DNA of 64,000 nucleotides from a virus (Duplodnaviria; Caudoviricetes). The position numbers were made by a program, and so were the translations under genes. Below, one piece after another: positions 18,231-27,800 of the stretch; the stretch's first letter is position 1; the number at the start of each line of letters is the position of its first letter. Below the pieces are notes generated by a model, which saw only the letters and a list, made by a program, of their open reading frames with translations, was not told the DNA's origin and made no database searches. The stretch covers positions 60,819 through 124,818 of the IMG/VR virus record IMGVR_UViG_3300047491_000255. One strand, given 5' to 3'.

Positions 18231-19225
18231 ACCAATCTCCCTGCAATTTTCCACAAACGATCTTCGCGCATGCGCCGGGCAATCTCAGCCTGAGCCACCC
18301 TCAATACAATCATCCCGCTCTTGTCTGCCACGCGCAACTTAAAAATGTCTTCCATCGCAATATGCAGCTTCTCAGTCGGGAATTCCAAGATGTTGGATGC
18401 AAACTTAGGAAGTTCGCTCACGTAATGATTTAGAACTGCTCCGTAGAAGGCGGGACGCTCAACCCATGACGCCTCGATGAACTTCACCGACTTGGGATCC
18501 CCAACCCTCTTCCCATACTTATCAACAATCGTGCGTCCGCATAACTCTGCTACAACACGTTCAACACCCTGTTTGTCTATGAACTTCGCCAACAACTCAT
18601 GGTCAAGGTGACGACAATTCGGGGTATTGTCCCCCATGACCTTGCCGCAACGGGAGCATGTCACCCAGTCCGCCAAGCAGCCCATGCTCATTGTTGTCAG
18701 TTCGCCACTGGCAATCTTCTTGACGAGCCGGTCATGCTTGCGATCCGTTGCGACAAGGATGTCGCAATAGAAGATATTCGCCGTCCGACCTTCCTTGTCG
18801 ATATAAGTCAGTGGACGAAGCACCGCATCCAACAACTTGCCCTTGGATAACTCAGGAACCTGAACGTGTTCGAGATAGTTTTCACCACCGACAAAAGTTC
18901 TGAACGTAGCCAGCAATACTTCATTGGTCCAAGCATTACCATTATTATTCACCAATTCATTACATGCCGGCTTGATGAGATAACCATTATCTTCTGTCTC
19001 TACCGAGGCGACAATGGTAACATGAGTAAATAAATACTTGTCTGCGGAGAACTTACTCCAGTCTACTTCCAAGTTCCTAGCGACTCGCATCCGCCCACAA
19101 CCAGATGCAAGACGACTCCACTCCTGACGAGGGTTCATCAGGACAGTGGCAATAGGCATATCGAGAGACACTGATCGTGCTCCCGCCGCCGCCAAACAAC
19201 TATCGCCCGTGCATCTTCTGTTCAT
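18227..19225 (-). CDS. prohead (capsid maturation) protease
   Basis: NNNGNAW, YLEH, GKLLDA, TTMSMGC, CSRCG/CRH Zn motif and FIEASWVERPAF, typical of phage prohead proteases. Located in the head module. Confidence 0.8.
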   Translation of the reverse strand: MNRRCTGDSCLAAAGARSVSLDMPIATVLMNPRQEWSRLASGCGRMRVARNLEVDWSKFSADKYLFTHVTIVASVETEDNGYLIKPACNELVNNNGNAWTNEVLLATFRTFVGGENYLEHVQVPELSKGKLLDAVLRPLTYIDKEGRTANIFYCDILVATDRKHDRLVKKIASGELTTMSMGCLADWVTCSRCGKVMGDNTPNCRHLDHELLAKFIDKQGVERVVAELCGRTIVDKYGKRVGDPKSVKFIEASWVERPAFYGAVLNHYVSELPKFASNILEFPTEKLHIAMEDIFKLRVADKSGMIVLRVAQAEIARRMREDRLWKIAGRLV

Positions 19226-19971
19226 TTCTTGAATGCCTTTAAGTCGGGGTGAGTGCCATTCTCCGTCATCTGCTTCCACTTCTCAATATCCGCTCCGAAA
19301 GCTCCCGGATGAGTGCTCTTCACCCCCATTTCATGTCTCATCTGATGGTACGAATACGAATACTCGGCCATCTCACGTATAGGCTTATCCGCGTACTCAC
19401 GAGCCATTTGTCTCGATGTCTCGCTCGCTTCATCCATCCACTTCTTGTCCTTGACAGTCTTCTGTCCCCATGCCTTCTGAGCCTTGGCCATCTCAACACA
19501 GGCTCCCCAAGCCTTCTCGTTAGTCGGCTTGCCTCCGATACTATCGGGAGCCTTCAACTCATCACTCTTCTTTGTCTCATATTTCTTGGCAGGAGAATCT
19601 TTCTTATCAGTCTTCACAACCTTATGATTAGATCGATTTGCGTCAGGATGCTCTTTCATGTACTTGTCAAAAGCGTCTTGGGTAGGGAAGTCCATACCGA
19701 GGACTTCCTTAGCAAGAAAAAGCAACTCTTTTGCTAATTTGCTGTTGTCCATTCCACTTCTCCACTTCTTGAACTGTTCGATCTCTACTTCTTCAAGAGA
19801 CACCTTCCGTCCAACCTTACGCTCCAGAGTCGCCCATTCCCGCATGATCTGACGGTAACGCATCTGAACCTGTGCTTTGGAGATTTCTCCATCACAATGC
19901 AAATTCTCTGGGCTTAGACGATTTGCCAGCCCAAAGAACTGCTTCATGATGTTTTGATGACTTTCTGCCAT
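19222..19971 (-). CDS. putative internal head protein with DFPT module
   Basis: N-terminal LSPENLHCDGE domain, then KLAKELLFLAKEVLGMDFPTQDAFDKYMKEHP. Confidence 0.7.
   Translation of the reverse strand: MAESHQNIMKQFFGLANRLSPENLHCDGEISKAQVQMRYRQIMREWATLERKVGRKVSLEEVEIEQFKKWRSGMDNSKLAKELLFLAKEVLGMDFPTQDAFDKYMKEHPDANRSNHKVVKTDKKDSPAKKYETKKSDELKAPDSIGGKPTNEKAWGACVEMAKAQKAWGQKTVKDKKWMDEASETSRQMAREYADKPIREMAEYSYSYHQMRHEMGVKSTHPGAFGADIEKWKQMTENGTHPDLKAFKK
19640..19727. repeat. 88-bp exact direct repeat, copy 1
   Basis: Identical to 20503-20590. Encodes LLFLAKEVLGMDFPTQDAFDKYMKEHPDA. Confidence 0.9.
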
Positions 19972-19991
19972 GACTTCTCCAATTTCCTGAA

Positions 19992-20999
19992 TTAGCTGCC
20001 GCTACTCTTCAAACGATCCTCGATGTGCTTCCGAGTCTCCGGGCTTAACGAGTTCCACTTGACTGGCTTGCCAAGATGACTCCCCTCTTTGCCCTCACCC
20101 CATTGAGAAACTCCACGCCCACCCTCACTTAAAGTCAGCATTGGAACCGAACCCTTGCTCACAGACGATTCCCAATCTTTGCCCTCTACGACAACCGCAT
20201 ACCTATCCAAAGTATCTCCACCACCATCGTAAACCCTGATCTTGGTATCATCCTTGTCGCCTTTGGACATCTTCCCGAAACTGTGAGTATGCTCTGATTT
20301 TGGAATTGACGTTTGCTTGGGAGCATCATTCATCTGATTGAATTTGACAATCTCATCGTTCGTCAAATCATTCGGGTCTTTCTTGTAGTGCTTCCCTATC
20401 TCCTTCATCTTCTGCTTATTCTTGCGCCGCTGCATCAAATTCATCGGATGAGTCTCAGGCTTGCCAGAATTAGTCTTCACAACTTTGTGATGGCTCCTGT
20501 TAGCGTCAGGATGCTCTTTCATGTACTTGTCAAAAGCGTCTTGGGTAGGGAAGTCCATACCGAGGACTTCCTTAGCAAGAAAAAGCAACTGTGAAGCTAT
20601 CTTGCTCGTATTCATAGTTGTCCTCACTGATGCTTCACGGTAATTCACCAAGGATATGAAAGCATTCGCTATCGAATCCACAATGGCCTTCGCGTCGAAT
20701 GGCTGCCGATCCTGAACCGGGACTGGATGTCGGGCAGGCCCGAAGTGAGCATCCACCAGAACCTTGCCGGGGTAGTAACTCCCCTCGTAAAGTTCGATTT
20801 CCAATGGAATCGAATGAAGCATGTCCAAAACGAATTTCGGAGCCCTGATTCTTCCACCAGACGCCACAGCCCGCCCACCCCGCCTACTGATCTCTCGAAC
20901 AACCTGCGGAATGAGTTTCTTGATGTCGTCGGAAAGAAACCAGTCCTCGCCCGCCACGAATCTTCGCGCCACTCGTTCGGCAATACGCTTCTCGTTCAT
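19992..20999 (-). CDS. putative internal head polyprotein with DFPT module
   Basis: Starts MNEKRIAERVARRF. Internal KIASQLLFLAKEVLGMDFPT. C-terminal YDGGGDTLDRYAVV...HLGKPVKW domain. Confidence 0.7.
   Translation of the reverse strand: MNEKRIAERVARRFVAGEDWFLSDDIKKLIPQVVREISRRGGRAVASGGRIRAPKFVLDMLHSIPLEIELYEGSYYPGKVLVDAHFGPARHPVPVQDRQPFDAKAIVDSIANAFISLVNYREASVRTTMNTSKIASQLLFLAKEVLGMDFPTQDAFDKYMKEHPDANRSHHKVVKTNSGKPETHPMNLMQRRKNKQKMKEIGKHYKKDPNDLTNDEIVKFNQMNDAPKQTSIPKSEHTHSFGKMSKGDKDDTKIRVYDGGGDTLDRYAVVVEGKDWESSVSKGSVPMLTLSEGGRGVSQWGEGKEGSHLGKPVKWNSLSPETRKHIEDRLKSSGS
20503..20590. repeat. 88-bp exact direct repeat, copy 2
   Basis: Identical to 19640-19727. Confidence 0.9.
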
Positions 21000-21078
21000 C
21001 GTTCTTATATCCCTTGTATGATGAAGGGCTGGCGGGCGACGGTGATCGCCCTCGGAAACCAGCCCTCGGGAACCGATC

Positions 21079-21333
21079 TTACGAATGATTGACGGTTGGC
21101 GGACGATAAGCACCCTTGTTGCGCTTCGTGCTTGTCACCCCACCAAGGGCAACATTCTTGCCGACGAACTCGTTCGTGTCTTCCACCACTGTCGGCTGCT
21201 TCTGCCCGCCAACAGAGTTGAAGTTCGTAACCCGAGCCGGAGTCGCAACCTTGTTCTTCCCAAGGAACGTGATTGCCTCGTCCTCACGAACTCGACCAGC
21301 CGTAACTGTCTGATATGCCTTCGAATATACCAT
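21079..21333 (-). CDS. small hypothetical structural-region protein
   Basis: 84 aa with RBS. Confidence 0.65.
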   Translation of the reverse strand: MVYSKAYQTVTAGRVREDEAITFLGKNKVATPARVTNFNSVGGQKQPTVVEDTNEFVGKNVALGGVTSTKRNKGAYRPPTVNHS

Positions 21334-21379
21334 CTTCCTACCCTCCTTTTTCTTCCAAAGTTGGAAGATTTTTGTTTCC

Positions 21380-21751
21380 TTATACCACCGTCACATCAGA
21401 TGACGATCTCGCACCTTGCGATCCAAACCTTCTATTATTCGTTGCCGTTACAAGGGCTTCAATCGCAAGTCTCTCGCCGTTATCCTGCACCTGAATCTTC
21501 ATCATGTCCCGACCGATGACCTCGATCTGCCTTCCAAGAACTTGAGGATTGTCACTAGTGACCAATCCTTGCATCTCCTCAGAGTTGCCCAAGAAGTTGT
21601 TCTTGAGCCACGGTCTGCGAGAATACACGTAGGTGTAGAACAGTTCACATGCCGTCAACTCAGCAGAAGGATTCACCGCCGGATTGAGACGAAGCGAACG
21701 TGCGATTGAAATTACCCATTGTGCGTATTCCCAGTTGTTGATACCTATCAT
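21380..21751 (-). CDS. hypothetical structural-region protein
   Basis: 123 aa, AGGAG RBS. Confidence 0.75.
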   Translation of the reverse strand: MIGINNWEYAQWVISIARSLRLNPAVNPSAELTACELFYTYVYSRRPWLKNNFLGNSEEMQGLVTSDNPQVLGRQIEVIGRDMMKIQVQDNGERLAIEALVTATNNRRFGSQGARSSSDVTVV

Positions 21752-21786
21752 AATGCGTCTCCTTTTCTAAGTTGCAAACTGATTAC

Positions 21787-24033
21787 TTAACCTCTCCTGA
21801 TCCTTCTCTGAAGCTCTTTCTTGATCGCCTTTGCCGTCTCGCCCTTATACGCGGCTGCGTTGGACAAGAAATATGCGACGACGGATATTCCAGAATCCTG
21901 TCCATACATATCACTCACGTTCTGCAACGATGACATGGCCTCCAGATATGGCTTGGCTCCATAATTGACGTTCTTCCAATCTGTGTAGATTAGAGAAGCG
22001 ATCTGACTCAACGTCATTCTGGGAAGGTCTGCCAAATCCTTCGAGTCAACATAAGCGAATCTGCCACGCCGAGTCAACATAACATCACCTGCTTTCCTTT
22101 TTCCACTTTCTGCCTGATCAATCCACTTCTTCGCCATTTCAACACTGGCTGGCACTTCTCCAAACGCCCGATGTCCAGACGAATCTTTAACAAAGAAGTT
22201 GTCGCCAGACTTTTCGATGGTATAGCCCTTGTATTTCTGACCACTCGCTATAACTGCCTCACCTTGCGCTTCCTGACCAGATTCGTTCTTTGTGGTTACG
22301 TCCACCTCGACGCCATCGGGAACCTTGACTTCGATTTTGGTGACAGCCTTGCTAGTCGGAACCTTGAATCCGCAGGTCGGGCAAGTCAAAAGCTTGTCTG
22401 AGCGAGTGAACTTCTCCTTGTTCATCTCTACACGGCACTTAGGACAGGTCGCAGAGCCACTCTCTTGCTCTTGCTGCGTCAGCCTAAAGGTTCTATCAGG
22501 GGCGCACCAATACATCGACCTGCGTGACCGCTGAATGTCACTCATGCTCATCTCGCCAGTCGCCTTGATAGAAGAAGCACTCTGCCCCCTACGATGACAC
22601 AATCCCCGCCGAATCAGTTGCTCGGCTACCCGACCATAACTGCCCTGCAGATGATGAATAGTCCCTGAATCAATCAACTCCTGAAAGAACTCGACGATCT
22701 CGTTCTGATCCATCCCTCCATCCTCATACTGCATGATCTTCTTTACCAAATCAGAATTCAATGCCGTGCGAGAAACTGAAGAAATTTTTTCAATTTCTTC
22801 CTCGACAGTTCTCTGTGCAGAAGGCTCATTGCCAGAAGTTGCCTTCCTCAAAAACAGATTCATTTCACACTCTGGGCAACTAGAAGTGCTCGACTCAAAG
22901 GCAAGCTCCTTCAATCCAGCCTTGATGCTTGCAACACGAGGATTCACATCAGCGAATTCATTGGCCTCATCATACAGTTGATACGCCAAGTCCTTCATCA
23001 CAGATGTTCCACCAGATACAGGAACATACAACCCATGCGTATCCGGCTCCCCACAAAACTGATCCATAGGAGGATTCGTTGCCATTCTTGCCGATGTCTC
23101 TTTATATCCTTTCCTCTTCAATTCTTTCCCACCACTAGCCGTCTTGGCAATAGGACTCCGATCCCGCAAGTCGGTATCGATCATCAGCAAGCCACTTCCG
23201 GTGTCTGCCAGTTGCACCTTCTGATGCAGAGTCAGAGCAGCATCCTCTTCCTCGATCTGCTCGCTCAGGAAGTCCATAACCAGCTTACTAGTCGCCGGGT
23301 TATCCTGTTGCTTTGCCAACTGTCCAATTCTATTCCAGTCCTGAGTCACGCCCATCTCATGATCCAACACAAGACGTGTCAGATCGATGATTTCCATTCC
23401 AGCATCCAGAACAGGTCCGGGAATAGTTGGCAGCACAAGCGTTGAACCCGTGTCCACGAGATAGTTATAGACCTTCATGGCATGGTCAATCTCGTCATCT
23501 CCCTGACTCTCAAACCAGTTCTGGAACCCCACAAGACCCTTGCTCTGACAGATTGCGGCAATCATGTAGTAAAGATATGACGAATAGAACTCTGCTCCGA
23601 CCTGCCGATTCAACAAAACTTCCATGTCCTCTGGAACAAAATCGGTCTGGGCTGCTGAGTCAGCCGACTCTTCCACTACTTCGACGCCGATTTCTGGCAC
23701 ATCAACGATGTCAGAAACGTCTGCCCGCATACGACGACCTAGATCAGAACCGCTCTTACGAACTCCAACGCCTTCTTGCAGCTTTCTGCGCCTCTCTTCT
23801 TCACGCTTCTGAGATTCTGTTTTGATAGGCATAAATGATGATGTTTTGGCAGCATCTTTGTTCCCACCGAAAAACGGCATAGGCATGATCTCGTCGGGAT
23901 CGTGTTGGCTTTCTGGACCACCACCCCACGCAACTGTAATCTTATTCGTCTTGGTATCAACGTCCCTGACAACGCCAGTAAACATTTGGTCTGTAACCAC
24001 TACTGGCTTGACCACGTCGCCTGGCTTATACAT
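21787..24033 (-). CDS. multidomain polyprotein with a non-heme ferritin domain, Zn-ribbon and small phage domains
   Basis: Ferritin signature LNRQVGAEFYSSYLY...DEIDHAMK...HEMGVT...EQIEEE (~23160-23625). CPKC/CPTCG ribbon. Start could be up to 24114. Confidence 0.8.
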   Translation of the reverse strand: MYKPGDVVKPVVVTDQMFTGVVRDVDTKTNKITVAWGGGPESQHDPDEIMPMPFFGGNKDAAKTSSFMPIKTESQKREEERRRKLQEGVGVRKSGSDLGRRMRADVSDIVDVPEIGVEVVEESADSAAQTDFVPEDMEVLLNRQVGAEFYSSYLYYMIAAICQSKGLVGFQNWFESQGDDEIDHAMKVYNYLVDTGSTLVLPTIPGPVLDAGMEIIDLTRLVLDHEMGVTQDWNRIGQLAKQQDNPATSKLVMDFLSEQIEEEDAALTLHQKVQLADTGSGLLMIDTDLRDRSPIAKTASGGKELKRKGYKETSARMATNPPMDQFCGEPDTHGLYVPVSGGTSVMKDLAYQLYDEANEFADVNPRVASIKAGLKELAFESSTSSCPECEMNLFLRKATSGNEPSAQRTVEEEIEKISSVSRTALNSDLVKKIMQYEDGGMDQNEIVEFFQELIDSGTIHHLQGSYGRVAEQLIRRGLCHRRGQSASSIKATGEMSMSDIQRSRRSMYWCAPDRTFRLTQQEQESGSATCPKCRVEMNKEKFTRSDKLLTCPTCGFKVPTSKAVTKIEVKVPDGVEVDVTTKNESGQEAQGEAVIASGQKYKGYTIEKSGDNFFVKDSSGHRAFGEVPASVEMAKKWIDQAESGKRKAGDVMLTRRGRFAYVDSKDLADLPRMTLSQIASLIYTDWKNVNYGAKPYLEAMSSLQNVSDMYGQDSGISVVAYFLSNAAAYKGETAKAIKKELQRRIRRG

Positions 24034-24155
24034 CAGAATCGCATCACCGTAAATCGTGCCATTCAAAAGACTACTACGTCTGCTTTTCATATCGAGCCCT
24101 CCACTTGTGTACATAATATAAAGAAAAAATCACAATAACTACCATCTGAATCGTC

Positions 24156-24560
24156 TTAGAATTCTATAGGCCACATAGGTCTAAATCGCCTATCAGTCAA
24201 AGCGACCTTCTTGATGTTCCCTATGACAAAACCCTTGATGTGTTTGTCATCCATATCATAGGCAAAAAGCAGCTTCTTAATTCCAGACTTCAACCTTCTA
24301 TATCTCAGACTATAGGGGCAAACAATATACCTCTTCGTTTCCCCGGTTGTTTCCTTCTTGTAGATGATGATGATCTGAACCACCCTCAATGCTGCCTCTC
24401 GAATCGCCATCCGAGTATTTCTCAAGGCATACAGAGTCCCATAAGCGGGAGTCTTCCCGACCCTCTTAGGTTTCCTTTTGGGTGCCTTCTTTTCCTGTTC
24501 GGAGATAAAAGTCAGCCGACTAATATCATTCTTTAGTGCTTCTGCAAAAGAAAGTGGCAT
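24156..24560 (-). CDS. WYL-domain protein
   Basis: IIYKKETTGETKRYIVCPYSLRY...LFAYD...IKGFVIGNIKKV fits the WYL pattern. Confidence 0.65.
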   Translation of the reverse strand: MPLSFAEALKNDISRLTFISEQEKKAPKRKPKRVGKTPAYGTLYALRNTRMAIREAALRVVQIIIIYKKETTGETKRYIVCPYSLRYRRLKSGIKKLLFAYDMDDKHIKGFVIGNIKKVALTDRRFRPMWPIEF

Positions 24561-24561
24561 T

Positions 24562-24879
24562 TTATGGCTCCCTGTTTGATGCCGTCACCGCATCCGTTAA
24601 TCCACATCTATCTGCCTCAGAGCCGGTTCCGTGGATATAAATATAGTCTGCCTCGTCCAAATCGTCTTCAGTTGGTGTGGTCTTGACTTGATCTGCCATG
24701 TTATTAGACCATGAAGCACACTGAATTCCATTATGATCGTCAATCGTCCTAGCCTCGACTCCATATCTTGCAAGCCAATACATTCCAGGACAATAGGTGC
24801 GATGAACACAAGATTTACATCCCTGACCTACTGGTCTTTTAACAGCACCCATTGATGGATACGAAAATGAGAAAGCCAC
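24562..24879 (-). CDS. Cys-rich hypothetical protein
   Basis: CKSCVHRTYC motif. Confidence 0.6.
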   Translation of the reverse strand: MAFSFSYPSMGAVKRPVGQGCKSCVHRTYCPGMYWLARYGVEARTIDDHNGIQCASWSNNMADQVKTTPTEDDLDEADYIYIHGTGSEADRCGLTDAVTASNREP

Positions 24880-24895
24880 ATCTTACCTCTTTTGA

Positions 24896-27800
24896 CTAAT
24901 CAACAATTCGTCCAGACCACCAGTTATCCGCACCACTCCCTAGCATGACTTGTCCGGCTTTATCCGATGTTACAAATACCTCATAAAAATCAGAAGCGGT
25001 CGTTGTCATATCTACATAGTTGTACGGCATTGCCCAGTCATCGTTGTTGCTGGATACATATCTGGTTGCCATTGTGCTCTTCAAACTCCCGTTCTTATAC
25101 AGTTTGATCTGGAAAAGCACTGGCTGGCTCGCACCATTCACGCTCATAGCACCATCAATCCTTACCATGACGTTTGAAACGCCGGGTATCCATCTTGCAA
25201 TAGTGGATGAGTTAGAGTATGTTCCTCCGAAATTGAATACGACATTAGTATACAGAACTTGTGCTGTGGCGCTTCCAAAAGTTTGATTGGCTGTTACACC
25301 AACATTCGCCAAGAACTTTCGACTAGGAGTCGATGCTGTGTTCCATACGTTTGACCTGTCCTCAAGTCCTTTAATCCTGTTGGTGGATAAATTGATCTGA
25401 GTCTGAACATTTGTGTTGATGATGTTCTGATTGATGACAATGGTTGCCTCTGCCACGATTGCCCTATTAGTTTCAGCCGTGATACGAGAACCAAGATTTG
25501 TGTTCACTGTGTTCAAGTTGGAAGTCAATACACCTTCAGCCACGATTGCCCTATTAGTTTCAGATATGACTTGTGCTTGGAGGTTGGTATCACCTGCAAC
25601 CCTATTGGAAATCTCTGTTCTGAGCTCAGTTGATGATGCATAAACTCCTGTCAAAGGTCCAGTAAGTACAATACGAGTTAAGTAGCCATCCTGAGAAAGA
25701 GCCCTGATTGTGTCTCCTGCCCAACCAGAAATAAGACGGGTACGAAATAACATGATTCTATTTTCATCATTTATCATAACATCATTGGTAACAGAAATAC
25801 CAAGATCGTATGAGTGGATAGACCGATCTCTCATGATATGAACTAACTCACCATCAAATCTCTGAACAAGAGTTGTCTGGTCACTCTCATAGATGTAAAG
25901 TGTTCCTTGGATAACGCAGTCGTTTGTGCTTGTCGTCTCTAGGTTGTTGTGGATATAAACCATACCCTTTGTCAATGTTCTTGGACTCTCATTGGTGGAA
26001 ACGCTTAACCCACCAAGGAACTGACCATTCGTAACACTAAGGTAGGTGTTGGTTCTTACGGACTCAGCCGAAGGGCTGGCAATCTGAGCTAAACGGGAGA
26101 TTGGGTTAGTGTAAGGTCCAGTAAGGCTTCCCCAAACGTAGTAGGTAATAGTCTGTGCGACAAGCTGTTCCTTTGTAAGTCCACCAACGGTAAGGGCATT
26201 AACGGTATTGGTGTTGCTTGATGACCATGCAACGGTTGACGATGAAAGGAAGTCAGCTTCCCATATCTGTATGCTCAACAATCCGTTAGTAGATGACGTA
26301 TGAACCCAACCAACAAGCTGTTTAATCCCTGTCGTAGGGGCGACGTTAGTAAGCACGCCATCAGATACCGCACTCACATACAGATTGTCGCCAGAAGCGA
26401 ATGGGGCTGTATTGAAATAGGATTCTGTACGTCCGTAGAACATGACACGACCAACACCGCCGTTTGTGATTCCTCCCTGTTGGACAACGATACCCGAACA
26501 AGGCATCTTGGCTGGGTCACTTGCATTACACCTTCCGACTATAGGAGTAGCCATAGGAGATAGTCCAGACATACGGTAAACAGGTGTTCCAACAGGCATT
26601 GTAGTTCCGCTACTGTTGTATCCATTAAACACTGAGTCTCTGCCAATACGCAACTTGTTGCCGCTTGAGTCCTTGAAGTAAGGTTGTTCTAGTCCGGCAT
26701 AGGGACTAGCGTATATCTTGACATGTCCAGATTGAGGATTAACACCTGTGTCAACCGCAGACAAGTCAAGTCCACCACCAAGTAGAAGATCACCAGATGC
26801 GTGTTGAATCACATAACCCAAAACACCAGCAGAGCCATCACTCGTATAGCGCTGTGGATAAGCCGTAGCGAATTTACCCAACTGCGAATTCACTACATCA
26901 GCCTTGTCAGAAGCTGTTGCCGATGAACCATAGTATAGATGGTCAACTTTAATATTAGGAACGATAATAGTGCTGCTGTGTAAATTAACATGAGAGGTTG
27001 AAACACTTCCAGTAGAGCTGACAGCGATAACTTCACAATCGTTTGTGGCTGAAAGATTCACGTCAATAACACTTGAATCGATGTATGACTCGGACGATGC
27101 TTGCTTGTGGGCCACAGTAATAATCTTGTTCACATGGTTTGTGCTGTCAGCCAAATGCATAATGGTAGCATCGTTCTTGGAAGCAAAGAAGCTTTCAGTT
27201 GTGGCGTTACAGTAAACCATCATCACCGTATCATTCAAGTCAGCAATACGCATTACATGGCTTGATGAGAAGGCGTTAATGAGGTACTTGCCCACATTAG
27301 CTCCATCGGTTGTAAGATAATACAAACAAGATGGCTTCTGGGATGCAATATCCGCTGAAATCAACTCAATCCAACAGCTTGCGTACAGCTCTGCGTTTCC
27401 ACGGCTAATCTGAACTACACTCTTGACAGCAACATCAACTGTATAAGTGGAGTACAAGGCACAAGAACGTAATCCAATATAAGACGCATCTGAGCCAGCA
27501 TTTATCACACATGCAGGCGCATTGGTCATTGTAACCGTAATGATCTGAAGTTCCGTACCTTTGGTATCAACGTATGTGGCTGGCCAAGAAACCTGACCTT
27601 CGATAATTGTTGCCTCTATATCCAGACCACGTAAAGAGATAAAAGGCTTCATTGTCACGTTCTCTTTGTAAGTTCCGATACTACAAAGAACCAAGAAACG
27701 TCTTGTATCAGATGCTACGACGGCACAAGCGTTGATCGCAGCCTGAATTGTCTTGAATGGCAGACTTCCCTTCTCGATCCTTCCGGTTACATCATCGCCA

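Noticed and set aside
19640-20590. Diversity-generating retroelement TR/VR pair
   Set aside because: The copies are identical rather than adenine-mutated, are internal to genes, and no reverse transcriptase is present.
13288-24033. Encapsulin nanocompartment operon (HK97 shell plus ferritin)
   Set aside because: Terminase, portal, prohead protease, scaffold-like and decoration genes show this is a true phage head module.
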